Positions 25,850 to 36,543 of a stretch of 64,000 nt of DNA are shown here, piece after piece; position 1 is the first letter of the stretch, and each line of letters starts with the position of its first letter. Location: NCBI GenBank assembly GCA_964504595.1, contig CAZDEE010000007.1:725-64724 (forward strand), read 5' to 3'. The DNA comes from an uncultured Staphylococcaceae bacterium (GTDB lineage Bacteria > Bacillota_I > Bacilli_A > RFN20 > CAG-826). Made by a program: the position numbers and the translations under genes. The notes below the pieces were generated by a model. It saw only the letters and a list, made by a program, of their open reading frames with translations. It made no database searches and was not told where the DNA came from.

Positions 25850-27181
25850 ATGGGAAAATATTTTGGAACCGATGGGGCAAGAGGTTTAGCAAATCAAGAA
25901 TTGACCGCAAGAATAGCCTATAAAATAGGAAGATTTTTAGGCCAATATCCTAATGGGAAAAAAAATAAAATATTGATTGCAAGAGATACTCGTTTATCAG
26001 GTGATATGCTCCTAGCTTCTTTAGTCGCGGGAATAACATCATCCGGTAGCGATGTTTATGATGAAGGAATATCATCCACTCCTTCAATTTCTTATTTAGT
26101 AAACCGGTTTAATTTTGATTATGGAATCATGATTTCTGCTTCTCATAATCCTTATTACGATAATGGAATTAAGATTTTCTCTCCTCAAGGAGAAAAACTT
26201 TCCTCTGACATCGAATTGCTTATTGAAGAATATATCGATTCAAATATAGATTACTTGCCAACATCACCTAATGTTCTAGGAAGATGGATTAAAGATGATA
26301 ATTTAATTAATGAATATATTGATTTCTTATATAAAAAAGGCGGAGATTTTTCTTTTTTTAAAGTCTTAGTCGACTGTGCGAATGGATCATCTTCCGCGAT
26401 AATTCCTATCTTATTTAAAAAGTTTAATTTATCTTTTGATTGCATAAACTGTTCTCCAAACGGAATTAATATCAATGAACAATGTGGTTCAACCCATTTA
26501 AAATCATTAAAAGACTCTATTGCAAACAAAGATTATGATATTGGATTTGCTTTTGATGGTGATGCAGATCGTTTATTGATTGTCGCTCCAAACGGAAAAG
26601 TAGTTGATGGTGATGCAATTTTATATGCATGCGCTAAAAATTTAAAAGCTAATAATAAATTAAACAACAACAAAATTGTTATTACTGTAATGTCTAATAT
26701 CGGCTTAAAGAAAGCATTAGATAAAGAAGAGATTGGATATGAAATAACTTCAGTTGGTGATAAATATGTTCAAGCCAAATTAAAGGAAGATAAATTATCA
26801 TTAGGTGGAGAACAATCGGGGCATATTATTTTCTTGGATGATCTTAATACAGGTGATGGAATATTAACCGCAATTAAAGTATTAACGATTATGAAAGAAA
26901 GTAAAAAATCTATCTTAGATTTAATTGATGGTTTAACTATCTATCCACAAAAACTAAGAAATGTCGCTGTTGTTAATAAAAACTATATATTATCTCATGA
27001 AGGACTTAAAAATCTTATTAACAAATTAGAAAATGAAGTCTTAAAAGGTAATGGAAGGATTCTATTAAGAGCGTCTGGAACTGAATCTTTAATAAGAGTT
27101 ATGTGTGAAGCTCCAACCAATGAAATATGTGATTATGTTGTTGATACCATCATATCATTTATAGAAGATTTAATTATTTAA
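25850..27181 (+). CDS. glmM: Phosphoglucosamine mutase
   Basis: MGKYFGTDGARG, the active-site SASHNPYYDNGIK, and GEQSGHIIF. Confidence 0.93.
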   Translation: MGKYFGTDGARGLANQELTARIAYKIGRFLGQYPNGKKNKILIARDTRLSGDMLLASLVAGITSSGSDVYDEGISSTPSISYLVNRFNFDYGIMISASHNPYYDNGIKIFSPQGEKLSSDIELLIEEYIDSNIDYLPTSPNVLGRWIKDDNLINEYIDFLYKKGGDFSFFKVLVDCANGSSSAIIPILFKKFNLSFDCINCSPNGININEQCGSTHLKSLKDSIANKDYDIGFAFDGDADRLLIVAPNGKVVDGDAILYACAKNLKANNKLNNNKIVITVMSNIGLKKALDKEEIGYEITSVGDKYVQAKLKEDKLSLGGEQSGHIIFLDDLNTGDGILTAIKVLTIMKESKKSILDLIDGLTIYPQKLRNVAVVNKNYILSHEGLKNLINKLENEVLKGNGRILLRASGTESLIRVMCEAPTNEICDYVVDTIISFIEDLII

Positions 27182-27197
27182 ATTAGGAGGTTTTTTT

Positions 27198-28979
27198 ATG
27201 TGTGGAATTGTCGGTGGAATTGGTAATTTTGACATACGTTCATTTATTATCGAAGGTTTAAAACATTTAGACTATCGAGGTTATGATTCTGCAGGTCTAG
27301 CTTTAAAAACTAAAAACGCTGTTTCCGTTTATAAAACAGTAGGAAGAGTAAGTAACTTAGAAACAAAAGTTCCTAATTTACCTGATGTCACTTTAGGAAT
27401 CGGCCATACTCGTTGGGCCACTCACGGAGCTCCAACTGAAGTAAATTGTCATCCTCATAAAAGTAATCTTGGAAAGTTTACTATCGTTCATAACGGTATT
27501 ATCGAGAACTATCGAGAAATTAAAGCTCGATTAATAAATAAAGGTTATAGTTTTGAAAGTGAAACTGATACCGAAATTATTGCTAATTTATTAGATGAAA
27601 AATACTTAATTTGCAATCGAAATACATTAGAAGCAATCCGTGAAACAATGAAAGAATTAAAAGGATCATTTGCCTTAGCAATAATTAAAAGTTCATCCGA
27701 ACATAAAATCTATTTTGCTAAACGTCATTCTCCTCTTCTTATTGGTGCTGGAGAAAACGGAAATAATTATTTAGCTTCTGATGCTTTAGCAATGATTGAT
27801 AATTGCAATAAATTTATCGATTTAGAAGATGAACAATATGGTTATATTAGTGAAAATGAAATCAAAGTTTTCAAAGATGGAAACGAAGTTGAAGTACATT
27901 ATACAACAAGAAAAGCTGAACTTTTAAATCGTGATTTAGGTGATTATCCTCACTATATGTTAAAAGAAATCGAAGAAGCTCCTTTATGTATTAAACGTTT
28001 AATAGATAATTACTATGATGGAGAAAAATATTTATTTGATGAAGAATTAATAAATGCGTTAAAAGAAGCAGAAGATATTATCTTCTTAGCCTGTGGTACT
28101 TCATATTATTCTTGCTTAATAGGAAGCAACTATATGAGAAGTTTAGGCAAGCGCAGTTCCGCCTTCATAGCCTCAGAATGGGGATATTATCCTGAATTTG
28201 GTAATGATAAGACTCTTTATGTAATCGTTTCTCAATCAGGTGAAACTGCAGATTTAATTAAGTGCTTAAAAATTATTAATGATAAAAAATATAAATCATT
28301 AACTATTACTAATACCAAAGGTTCTACATTAGAAAGAGAAGCAACTTATTCATTACTTCTTTATGCCGGAGTTGAAATTGCTGTTGCTTCCACGAAAGCC
28401 TATAGCGCTCAAGTATCAATTATGGCCTTATTAAAAGGAGCCTATAATAACGACAGAACCGTTATAAACGACTTACAAGACGTTTCTAAAAAACTATTAT
28501 TGATTGAAAGACAAAAAGATTTATTTAGAGAAATTGCTCATCATATAAAAGATAAAAAAAATATTTTCTTCTTGGGTAGAGGTTTAGATTATTATATCAC
28601 CTTAGAAGCAAGCTTAAAATTAAAAGAAATATCTTATATCCATTCAGAAGCCTATCCAGGTGGTGAATTAAAACACGGGCCTATCGCATTAATTGAAAAA
28701 GGAACTCCTGTTTTTGGTTTTATCTCTGATCCATATACAGAAATGCAATTACGTTCAAATTATAAAGAAGTTGAAAGTCGTGGAGCGGAAGTTATTTCAA
28801 TCGTTTCTGAATCACTTAAAAAAGATAATGATAAAGTTATCGTTCCTGATACACCATTATACTTATGCGCATTAACTAAAGTTATGGTCGCTCAATATAT
28901 TTCTTATTATACAGCTTTAGAACTTGGCAACGATATTGATAAACCTCGTAATTTAGCTAAATCAGTAACAGTTGAATAA
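27198..28979 (+). CDS. glmS: Glutamine-fructose-6-phosphate aminotransferase
   Basis: MCGIVG N-terminal nucleophile, two SIS domains (SQSGETADL), C-terminal KSVTVE. Confidence 0.95.
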   Translation: MCGIVGGIGNFDIRSFIIEGLKHLDYRGYDSAGLALKTKNAVSVYKTVGRVSNLETKVPNLPDVTLGIGHTRWATHGAPTEVNCHPHKSNLGKFTIVHNGIIENYREIKARLINKGYSFESETDTEIIANLLDEKYLICNRNTLEAIRETMKELKGSFALAIIKSSSEHKIYFAKRHSPLLIGAGENGNNYLASDALAMIDNCNKFIDLEDEQYGYISENEIKVFKDGNEVEVHYTTRKAELLNRDLGDYPHYMLKEIEEAPLCIKRLIDNYYDGEKYLFDEELINALKEAEDIIFLACGTSYYSCLIGSNYMRSLGKRSSAFIASEWGYYPEFGNDKTLYVIVSQSGETADLIKCLKIINDKKYKSLTITNTKGSTLEREATYSLLLYAGVEIAVASTKAYSAQVSIMALLKGAYNNDRTVINDLQDVSKKLLLIERQKDLFREIAHHIKDKKNIFFLGRGLDYYITLEASLKLKEISYIHSEAYPGGELKHGPIALIEKGTPVFGFISDPYTEMQLRSNYKEVESRGAEVISIVSESLKKDNDKVIVPDTPLYLCALTKVMVAQYISYYTALELGNDIDKPRNLAKSVTVE

Positions 28980-28992
28980 TTTAATTTACATA

Positions 28993-29022
28993 ATGTCTTT
29001 TCTCCTTGAAAAGGCATTTTTT
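28993..29022 (+). terminator. Intrinsic terminator after glmS
   Basis: A 9-bp stem atgtctttt / aaaaggcat (one G-U pair), a 7-nt loop, then T5. Confidence 0.7.
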
Positions 29023-29275
29023 ATTATTAGCTCCCCTACAAAACTTTAGAGAGATTTATTTATATCTATCATCAAATTTAATATAAAAATTGAAATTTTC
29101 GGCAAGAAGCAAAATATAGATTAATTAAATATCAATTTTCATACAATTATTTTTATAAAATAATGCATAAATAATACTTTTTTTAAAATTAATTTTTATT
29201 ACTACTTTGTTCTAAAATATTATTCACTTTTATAAATTTTAAAAGACTGGAATTTACTTTAAGGAGCGTAATTTT

Positions 29276-31351
29276 ATGTTTGATATTAAAAATTTTGGAA
29301 TTAAAGTATTCGATGATAAGATTATGAAGATCAAGCTACCTAGTCCAATATATAAAATATGGCGAGAAACGATTGCAAAATCCGCAACTCTTGATCGAAA
29401 TACCGCTGACGCAATTGCTCACGCCATGAAAGAATGGGCCTTAGAATTAGGTTGTACTCATTATTGTCATTGGTTCCAACCCCTTACTGGCGCTACCGCA
29501 AAAAAGCATGAAGCTTTTATTGATCAAAGAGATGGTGAACCTATTTTTAAATTATCAGGAAAATCATTAATTAAAGGTGAATCAGATGCTTCTTCTTTTC
29601 CTACTGGAGGCTTAAGAACAACTTTTGAAGCTCGAGGATATACTTATTGGGATTGTACATCTCCAGCTTTTGTAAGAGATAACACTCTTTATATCCCAAC
29701 TATCTTTGTCGGTTTTAAAGGTGAAACATTAGATACTAAATGGCCATTACTTAAAAGTATTGAAGCAATATCAAAAGAAGCGACTAGAATTGTTAATGCC
29801 TTTGGTGATAACGATGTTACAAGTGTCATGCCAGTTGTGGGTCTAGAGCAAGAATATTTTTTAATTGACAAAAACGATTTTTATAACCGTGAAGATTTAT
29901 TTTTAACAGGTAGAACTCTTTTCGGTGCTTTTCCTCCTAAAGGACAAGAAATGCATACTCACTATTATGGTATTATTCCTAGTAGAGTTAAATCCTTTAT
30001 GGATGATGTTAATAATGAATTATGGGAATTGGGAATTTATGCTAAATCAGAACACAATGAAGCAGCACCAGCACAATTCGAATTAGCGCCTTTATATGGA
30101 CCAGTTAATATTTCCGTTGATCAAAATCAAATCATAATGGATGTATTAACTCAAACAGCTTTAAAACATAATCTAGTTTGTTTGCTTCATGAAAAGCCAT
30201 TTCTCAGCTTTAATGGAAGTGGAAAGCATAATAACTGGTCTTTATTAACTAATACAGGAATCAACTTATTTAAGTCTTCTAAAGACCCTCATGAGATGAT
30301 TAGGTTCTTAACATTCACCTGTGCAGTTATTCAAGCAATCGATAAATATGCCGGCCTTCTTCGTATGGCCTCATCTAATCCTGGAAACGACTTTAGATTA
30401 GGTGGTAACGAAGCTCCACCTGCAATTATATCTATATTCTTAGGTGAAACAATTGAAAATCTACTAAAGCAATTTGTCAAACATAAACCAGTAACATATA
30501 CTAAGAGTTCCTTAAATGAATTTGGAATTCAATCATTTTCATATTTACCACACGATAATACCGATCGAAATCGAACCTCTCCAATTGCTTTTACAGGCAA
30601 TAAATTCGAATTTAGAATGCTTGGTTCATCAATGAATGCCGCATTTATAAATACAGTTATTAACACTATTGTCGCTGATTCATTAAAAAAAATCGCGGAC
30701 CAATTAGATGAACATAAATATCGTCAAAACAAAAGAGAAATCGCAATGGATATCTGTTCGAAAATAATGATGAAGCATTCTCGTGTTTTATATAATGGTG
30801 ATTGTTACTCTTCTTCTTGGATTGAAGAAGCTAATGCTAAAAAACTTCCTCATTATAAAACCTTTCTTTCATCAATTGAAGCATTAAATAATAAAGATGT
30901 ATTTGATTTATTCTCAAGACATCAAGTGTTTAACGAAGCGGAATTATATTCAAGAATTCGAGTTGCATATTATGAATACTATAATGTTAGAATCGTTGAA
31001 TTTAAAACATTAATTCATTTAACAAGAAGTACTTTCATTCCAACACTTTTAAAAGAAATTAAATCATATAGTGATGTAATTGAACATCTTTCAGAAATTC
31101 AAAAAAATAAAATTAATAAATTAAGCGCCACAATTGATTCGCTTGATAAATATAGTAATGAATTAGAAAATATTATTAATAGTGTTAATGAATATTCTGA
31201 TATCAAAGCAAAAGCGGATTATATTTATAATCATGCAACTTCAATTGCAAATCTTATAATTACAACTTATAACAATATTGAAAATAGCCTAGCGAATGAT
31301 TCACTAGACTATCCTCTATTATCTAAATTACTATTTGGTTTAGAATATTAA
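29276..31351 (+). CDS. glnN: Glutamine synthetase type III
   Basis: 691 aa; THYCHWFQPLTG, EHNEAAPAQFELAP, NGSGKHNNWS are the GSIII equivalents of the GS motifs. AAGGAG precedes the ATG. Confidence 0.85.
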   Translation: MFDIKNFGIKVFDDKIMKIKLPSPIYKIWRETIAKSATLDRNTADAIAHAMKEWALELGCTHYCHWFQPLTGATAKKHEAFIDQRDGEPIFKLSGKSLIKGESDASSFPTGGLRTTFEARGYTYWDCTSPAFVRDNTLYIPTIFVGFKGETLDTKWPLLKSIEAISKEATRIVNAFGDNDVTSVMPVVGLEQEYFLIDKNDFYNREDLFLTGRTLFGAFPPKGQEMHTHYYGIIPSRVKSFMDDVNNELWELGIYAKSEHNEAAPAQFELAPLYGPVNISVDQNQIIMDVLTQTALKHNLVCLLHEKPFLSFNGSGKHNNWSLLTNTGINLFKSSKDPHEMIRFLTFTCAVIQAIDKYAGLLRMASSNPGNDFRLGGNEAPPAIISIFLGETIENLLKQFVKHKPVTYTKSSLNEFGIQSFSYLPHDNTDRNRTSPIAFTGNKFEFRMLGSSMNAAFINTVINTIVADSLKKIADQLDEHKYRQNKREIAMDICSKIMMKHSRVLYNGDCYSSSWIEEANAKKLPHYKTFLSSIEALNNKDVFDLFSRHQVFNEAELYSRIRVAYYEYYNVRIVEFKTLIHLTRSTFIPTLLKEIKSYSDVIEHLSEIQKNKINKLSATIDSLDKYSNELENIINSVNEYSDIKAKADYIYNHATSIANLIITTYNNIENSLANDSLDYPLLSKLLFGLEY

Positions 31352-31352
31352 T

Positions 31353-32684
31353 TTATTCTTCTTCCCTTTTTTCCTTGGTTTTATTTCTAAAATAATCACT
31401 TACATCCATTGTTGAATCGAATGCTAGAACATAATAGTCTTCTTCTGAAAGCATATCTTTTTGATCTAATATAACCGCCATATCATGACGTAATCTAGCA
31501 TTAATTGTTCTATCGAACATATAACGAATTAATTCAAATGGATAGAACTCATCTATATTAGGAATTTTATCACCTTGACAGTAAAATAATCTTAAAATAG
31601 AAATTTCTATTATTTCTAATTGATTATTATAGTAATCGCTATAATCAAAATTATTCACTAAATCAAATAAAGTATCAGAATCTTTATTTCCTTTTAGGTT
31701 ATAAGCAAGAAGTGAAGCTGCTTCTTCTAAATATATTCCATTTTTAATTAAATATTTGGCTAATTTTCTAACTTTACTATTTCTAATGAATCTAACTTCA
31801 CTTAGAATTAAAAGATCAAAATCTCTATTTTCACCAATATGTTCATAGAATAAATCAATTAATTCTATTCTTTGCTTTTTGGTTAAAGGTACATATAAGT
31901 TTATATACATCATAAGAGCGATCTTAGCATCTAAAGAATATGATTCATTTTTTATACATTCAAATAAATAATTTCTTTTTTCAACATCAAGATTCTCTAA
32001 ATCATCAAACTTAATTTCATCATTTCCAACCTCTTTAATTGTTTCATCTATTTGTCTACAATATTCTTCATATTCATTTTGATGATATTTTTTAATATAT
32101 CTTGTCATTTTACTTTTTCTATTTTTACCAAATATATACTCATCATCAATCTTTGCATTAAGATATATATCATAATATGTATCCATAAATTCTAATCTAA
32201 ATAAACTATCAATTTTTTTAAATGAATTATGATCTACGATTAATTTTAGTATAGGAACAATTTCTTCTTGAGCATCTTCTTGAATAACTTTTAATAATAT
32301 ATCTAATTTACTAATTTCTTTTCTTCGAAATACTTTTGTATCATTAATTAATTTCTTAGTATATTCGATAAGAAGTTCTTTTGTATCTAATGCGCCTTTC
32401 TTAACAAAATATGATAGTTGTGTAACAATATTATAAAAGCCATCAACACTAACTTTGTTATTAAACAATTCTTCTTTTAAGAAATTATGATAATACTCTT
32501 CTTCACCTGTTGTAACAATTAAACAAGAGATATAGAAATCAAGATCATTTATTGTTTTTAATCTATGGGTTAATATGTATTTCATTTCTTCTCGATATTG
32601 AACCGCGCCACCATTAGATGGGGTAAGCATATAAAATGCAAATCCAGATCCCATTTTTACTTCTTCAATAAAATCTCTTTTCAT
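31353..32684 (-). CDS. Hypothetical protein (443 aa, predicted all-helical, soluble)
   Basis: A strong RBS (TAGGAGGA) precedes ATG 32682-32684. No motif recognised. Convergent with glnN, with stop codons 1 nt apart. Confidence 0.45.
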   Translation of the reverse strand: MKRDFIEEVKMGSGFAFYMLTPSNGGAVQYREEMKYILTHRLKTINDLDFYISCLIVTTGEEEYYHNFLKEELFNNKVSVDGFYNIVTQLSYFVKKGALDTKELLIEYTKKLINDTKVFRRKEISKLDILLKVIQEDAQEEIVPILKLIVDHNSFKKIDSLFRLEFMDTYYDIYLNAKIDDEYIFGKNRKSKMTRYIKKYHQNEYEEYCRQIDETIKEVGNDEIKFDDLENLDVEKRNYLFECIKNESYSLDAKIALMMYINLYVPLTKKQRIELIDLFYEHIGENRDFDLLILSEVRFIRNSKVRKLAKYLIKNGIYLEEAASLLAYNLKGNKDSDTLFDLVNNFDYSDYYNNQLEIIEISILRLFYCQGDKIPNIDEFYPFELIRYMFDRTINARLRHDMAVILDQKDMLSEEDYYVLAFDSTMDVSDYFRNKTKEKREEE

Positions 32685-32834
32685 ATATCAAATCCTCCTA
32701 TATCCATAATCATTTATAAATTCAATTATTAGGTTTAATAACTATAATTATTAATAATTACTTACTTTCGCCATTTATAGTATATCATTTATAAAAAATA
32801 TTTTTTATACTTTCTAACAATCATTAAATCTATC

Positions 32835-33251
32835 CTATTTTTTTATTTTCTCTCTCAATTTAGTAGAAGAAATCCCATCCGTATGTGGTAAATAAATAAC
32901 ATCAACACCAATTTTATTAAATTCTTTTTCATATTCAATCCAAGATGGCGTATTTTTCCAATCATCACCAACAAAAACAACATCACAATTAAGTTTTTTT
33001 ACCATACTGATTTTATCCATGTTTTCTTGTGTAACAACGTCATCAACATATCTTATAGCACTTACAATAGAACACCTATCAGCACAATTGATAATAGGAT
33101 ACTTTCGTTTTCTTTTATAACACAATTCATCAGTTGTAACACCAACTACTAATACATCACATAAGTCTTTTGCTTTCCTTAATATATTTAAATGGCCTAT
33201 GTGAAACATGTCATAAACTCCTGCAGTGTAACCTTTTTTATACTTTTTCAT
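32835..33251 (-). CDS. tagD: Glycerol-3-phosphate cytidylyltransferase
   Basis: GYTAGVYDMFHIGHLNILRKAK (HxGH), VGDDW, ISSTKLREKI; 138 aa. Confidence 0.8.
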   Translation of the reverse strand: MKKYKKGYTAGVYDMFHIGHLNILRKAKDLCDVLVVGVTTDELCYKRKRKYPIINCADRCSIVSAIRYVDDVVTQENMDKISMVKKLNCDVVFVGDDWKNTPSWIEYEKEFNKIGVDVIYLPHTDGISSTKLREKIKK

Positions 33252-33263
33252 AATTACCTATTT

Positions 33264-34406
33264 TTACTTCTTTCTCCACACCATCTTATTAACCACAGAT
33301 GTATATGATTGAATTAATCTAACAACCTTAATTGAAACATTCTCATCTGTATAATACTCACATGGTTTACCTAAATCATTTTCTTCTATCATTCTAACAG
33401 CCATATCAACTGCTTGTAAAACTTCATTTTTACTAATACCCGCTAAAACAAAGTTACCTGAATCCAATGCTTCTGGTCTTTCTGTTGATGTTCTTATACA
33501 TACTGCAGGAATAGGTTTATTAATTGATAAATAGAAACTACTTTCTTCTGGTAATGTTCCACTATCAGAAACAACACAATATGCATTCATTTGTAAATTA
33601 TTATAATCATGGAATCCTAATGGTTCATGTTGAATTACTCGTCTATCAAATTTAAAATTTCTTAATTCAATAAACTTCTTACTTCTAGGATGACATGAAT
33701 ATAATATAGGCATATCATAAATTTCCGCTAGAGAATTAATAGCATTCATTAATGATAAGAAATTCTCTTCATTATCAATATTTTCTTCTCTATGTGCTGA
33801 TAATAAAATATATTTTTTCTTTTCTAATCCTAATCTTTCTAATACACTAGATGATTCAATACTATCCAAGTTTGCATGAAGTACTTCCGCCATTGGAGAG
33901 CCAGAAACATATGTTCTTTCTTTTGCCACTCCTTCAGCATTTAAATATCTTCTTGCATGTTCAGAATAACAAATATTAACATCAGCAATATGATCTACTA
34001 TTCTTCTATTTGTCTCTTCTGGTAAGCATTCATCAAAGCATCTATTTCCCGCTTCCATATGGAATATAGGTATATGTAAACGTTTGGCCGCAATTGCAGA
34101 TAAACAAGAATTAGTATCTCCTAATATTAATAAAGCATCTGGTTTAACTTCCACCATTAAAGCATAAGCTTTAGCAATAATATTACCAATAGATTCACCT
34201 AAATGACTACCTACTGCATTAAGATAATAATCAGGTTCTCTTAAGCCTAAATCTTTAAAGAATATTTCATTTAATGTGTAATCATAGTTTTGACCTGTGT
34301 GCACTAATACTTGATCAAAATACTTATCGGCACATTTAATTGTCGCTGACAAGCGAATAATCTCTGGTCTAGTACCAATAATTGTCATTAATTTAAGTTT
34401 ACTCAT
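33264..34406 (-). CDS. capG: UDP-2-acetamido-2,6-dideoxy-L-talose 2-epimerase (CapG/FnlC type non-hydrolysing 2-epimerase)
   Basis: KLKLMTIIGTRPEIIRLS...VLVHTGQNYDYTLNEIFF and LILGDTNSCLSAIAAKRLHIPIFHMEAGNRCFD closely follow Cap5G. Confidence 0.85.
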   Translation of the reverse strand: MSKLKLMTIIGTRPEIIRLSATIKCADKYFDQVLVHTGQNYDYTLNEIFFKDLGLREPDYYLNAVGSHLGESIGNIIAKAYALMVEVKPDALLILGDTNSCLSAIAAKRLHIPIFHMEAGNRCFDECLPEETNRRIVDHIADVNICYSEHARRYLNAEGVAKERTYVSGSPMAEVLHANLDSIESSSVLERLGLEKKKYILLSAHREENIDNEENFLSLMNAINSLAEIYDMPILYSCHPRSKKFIELRNFKFDRRVIQHEPLGFHDYNNLQMNAYCVVSDSGTLPEESSFYLSINKPIPAVCIRTSTERPEALDSGNFVLAGISKNEVLQAVDMAVRMIEENDLGKPCEYYTDENVSIKVVRLIQSYTSVVNKMVWRKK

Positions 34407-34445
34407 CTAGATACACCTCCTAAGTATTGATATTTATAAAAAAAA

Positions 34446-35366
34446 CTATTTTAGTTTATAAATTTTTAATTTAATAAGCAGTTCCTTTATTAAAACTTTT
34501 AAAGGCTTTTTTTCTATAAAAAGTATTTTATAAACTTTATTATTAGAAGGAAAATATCCTTTTTTACTAAGAAAACGATATAATGAAAGCATTCCTCTTT
34601 CTTTTTCAGCAGGCACATGCAAAACACTTATCGGATCAAAGCGATAATTTGTTGAAATCATTCTAAAATCGCCCGTCCAATATCTAAAAACATAACCTTG
34701 CGCTGTTTTTACATTACTTCTGATTTTATGAGCAACAATAGATAAAATAAATTCATCACCATAAGTTGTAATAAAATTTCTTTCTATCATTTCTTTATAA
34801 ATATCATGTGTTATCTTAAAAAATATATCATACATAGATTTATTTATAGCAATAAATTCTCCACCATAACTAGTAATTAATCCTAAAGTATTATCAAATA
34901 ATTTTACTTCTTCTATCATTTTAAAATAATCGGCATTATTTAAGCGCCTGTTTATATCATAAAGCATAATATTTTGCTCTGTTTCTATCCACAGATCTTC
35001 CAAGCTAGATTGAAAATAAACATCGTTATCAACCATAAGTACATTATCATATTGTAAACTAAAAGCGTAATTTAAAGCACATAATTTATAAAATGCCAAT
35101 CCCCATTTATAATTATTATTAAAAACAAAATCATTAAATTCTTTAATTAAAATTAAAATCCCGTATTTTAATAATTGCTTTTTAAAAATTTCTGGAACAT
35201 CGATATTTGTAATTAATGCAACATCTGTATTTTTATTTGTTATTTTGGCACTTATGAGTGCCACACAAACATTCTTATAATATAGTTCTTTATTTTTTTT
35301 ATTAATATTTACTCCTGTCTGTAATAACTCACTATCTGCATAAGCGGAAAAAATTAAATTTTTCAT
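34446..35366 (-). CDS. Hypothetical protein, possibly a GT-A fold (GT8-like) sugar transferase
   Basis: Inserted between capF and capG. It has a DxD-like VDNDVYF and a YKLCALNYAF block. The function call is weak. Confidence 0.35.
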   Translation of the reverse strand: MKNLIFSAYADSELLQTGVNINKKNKELYYKNVCVALISAKITNKNTDVALITNIDVPEIFKKQLLKYGILILIKEFNDFVFNNNYKWGLAFYKLCALNYAFSLQYDNVLMVDNDVYFQSSLEDLWIETEQNIMLYDINRRLNNADYFKMIEEVKLFDNTLGLITSYGGEFIAINKSMYDIFFKITHDIYKEMIERNFITTYGDEFILSIVAHKIRSNVKTAQGYVFRYWTGDFRMISTNYRFDPISVLHVPAEKERGMLSLYRFLSKKGYFPSNNKVYKILFIEKKPLKVLIKELLIKLKIYKLK

Positions 35367-35370
35367 TTTA

Positions 35371-36528
35371 TCAATTTCCTTTCAAAATATAATATTTATT
35401 AATTAAATATACTTCTTCATAAATCGTATCAGGATTATCTTTATCAAATGGTTCATTTGCCCACATGAATGTAATTAATTCATCTTCGCCAATATTAGTA
35501 ATTGAATGAGTATATCCTGTTGGAATATTAACGACTTCTAATTTATCACTTGAAACTTCATATTCAATTACTTCTTTAGTTCCTACTTTTCTAAAAGCAA
35601 TAATTGCTTTACCTTGTACGACTAAGAACTTTTCATTTTTAGTATGATGGAAATGATTTCCTTTAGTAATTCCTGGTTTAGATTTATTAACAGAAAATTG
35701 ACCTTGACCTAAAGTTCTGATTATCTCTGTAAATGAACCTCTATCATCTTTATGTTCCACTAAGTCATATTTAAATTTATCAGTTGGTAGATAAGATAAA
35801 TATGTAGCATATAAGTATCTTTCTAATAATGAATTATGATTTGGTACTCCTAATGTTTTACTATGCTCTTTAAAGCTATAAAGAGTATCCACTATTTCAC
35901 CTAAGGTAGTTTTAATTACTGGTTCTACATAACAATAATCATCTACTACTTTTTTTGCTTTGCCATTTATTGCATTAATAATCTCATTAATCACATCATC
36001 GATATAAACTAAATTCATAACATGATTTCGATCATTAACTTGTATTGGTAAATCATTAGCAATATTATTACAAAAAGTTGCAATTGCACTATTATAGTTA
36101 GGTTTACACCATTTACCAAATACATTAGGTAATCTATACACTAATACATTAATATCATTATCTTTACCATATTCAAATATTAAATCCTCTCCTGCTTTCT
36201 TAGATTTACCATAAGGATTATCTAAAGCAGCTTGAATAGATGAAGTAATTAATATAGGACATTTATTATTATGCTTCTTTAATAAATCTAAAACTTTTAA
36301 AGTGAATCCATAATTACCTTCCATAAATTCACTTTCATTTTGAGGTCTATTAACACCCGCTAGATGAATAACAAAATCACAATAAGAACAATATTCATCT
36401 AATTTACTAATATCTGTATCATTATCAAAACATAGAGGTTCAATTAAACCACTATATTTCTTATTTAATAGTTCTGCTTGAAGATTCTTACCTATAAATC
36501 CATTTGATCCAGTTATTAGTACTTTCAT
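35371..36528 (-). CDS. capF: UDP-4-keto-6-deoxy-HexNAc 3-epimerase/reductase (CapF/FnlB type)
   Basis: MKVLITGSNGFIGKNL, HLAGVNRP, FGKWCKPNYNSAIATFCNNIANDLPIQVNDRN, plus a C-terminal cupin part. Confidence 0.85.
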   Translation of the reverse strand: MKVLITGSNGFIGKNLQAELLNKKYSGLIEPLCFDNDTDISKLDEYCSYCDFVIHLAGVNRPQNESEFMEGNYGFTLKVLDLLKKHNNKCPILITSSIQAALDNPYGKSKKAGEDLIFEYGKDNDINVLVYRLPNVFGKWCKPNYNSAIATFCNNIANDLPIQVNDRNHVMNLVYIDDVINEIINAINGKAKKVVDDYCYVEPVIKTTLGEIVDTLYSFKEHSKTLGVPNHNSLLERYLYATYLSYLPTDKFKYDLVEHKDDRGSFTEIIRTLGQGQFSVNKSKPGITKGNHFHHTKNEKFLVVQGKAIIAFRKVGTKEVIEYEVSSDKLEVVNIPTGYTHSITNIGEDELITFMWANEPFDKDNPDTIYEEVYLINKYYILKGN

Positions 36529-36543
36529 GTTTATTACCTCAAT

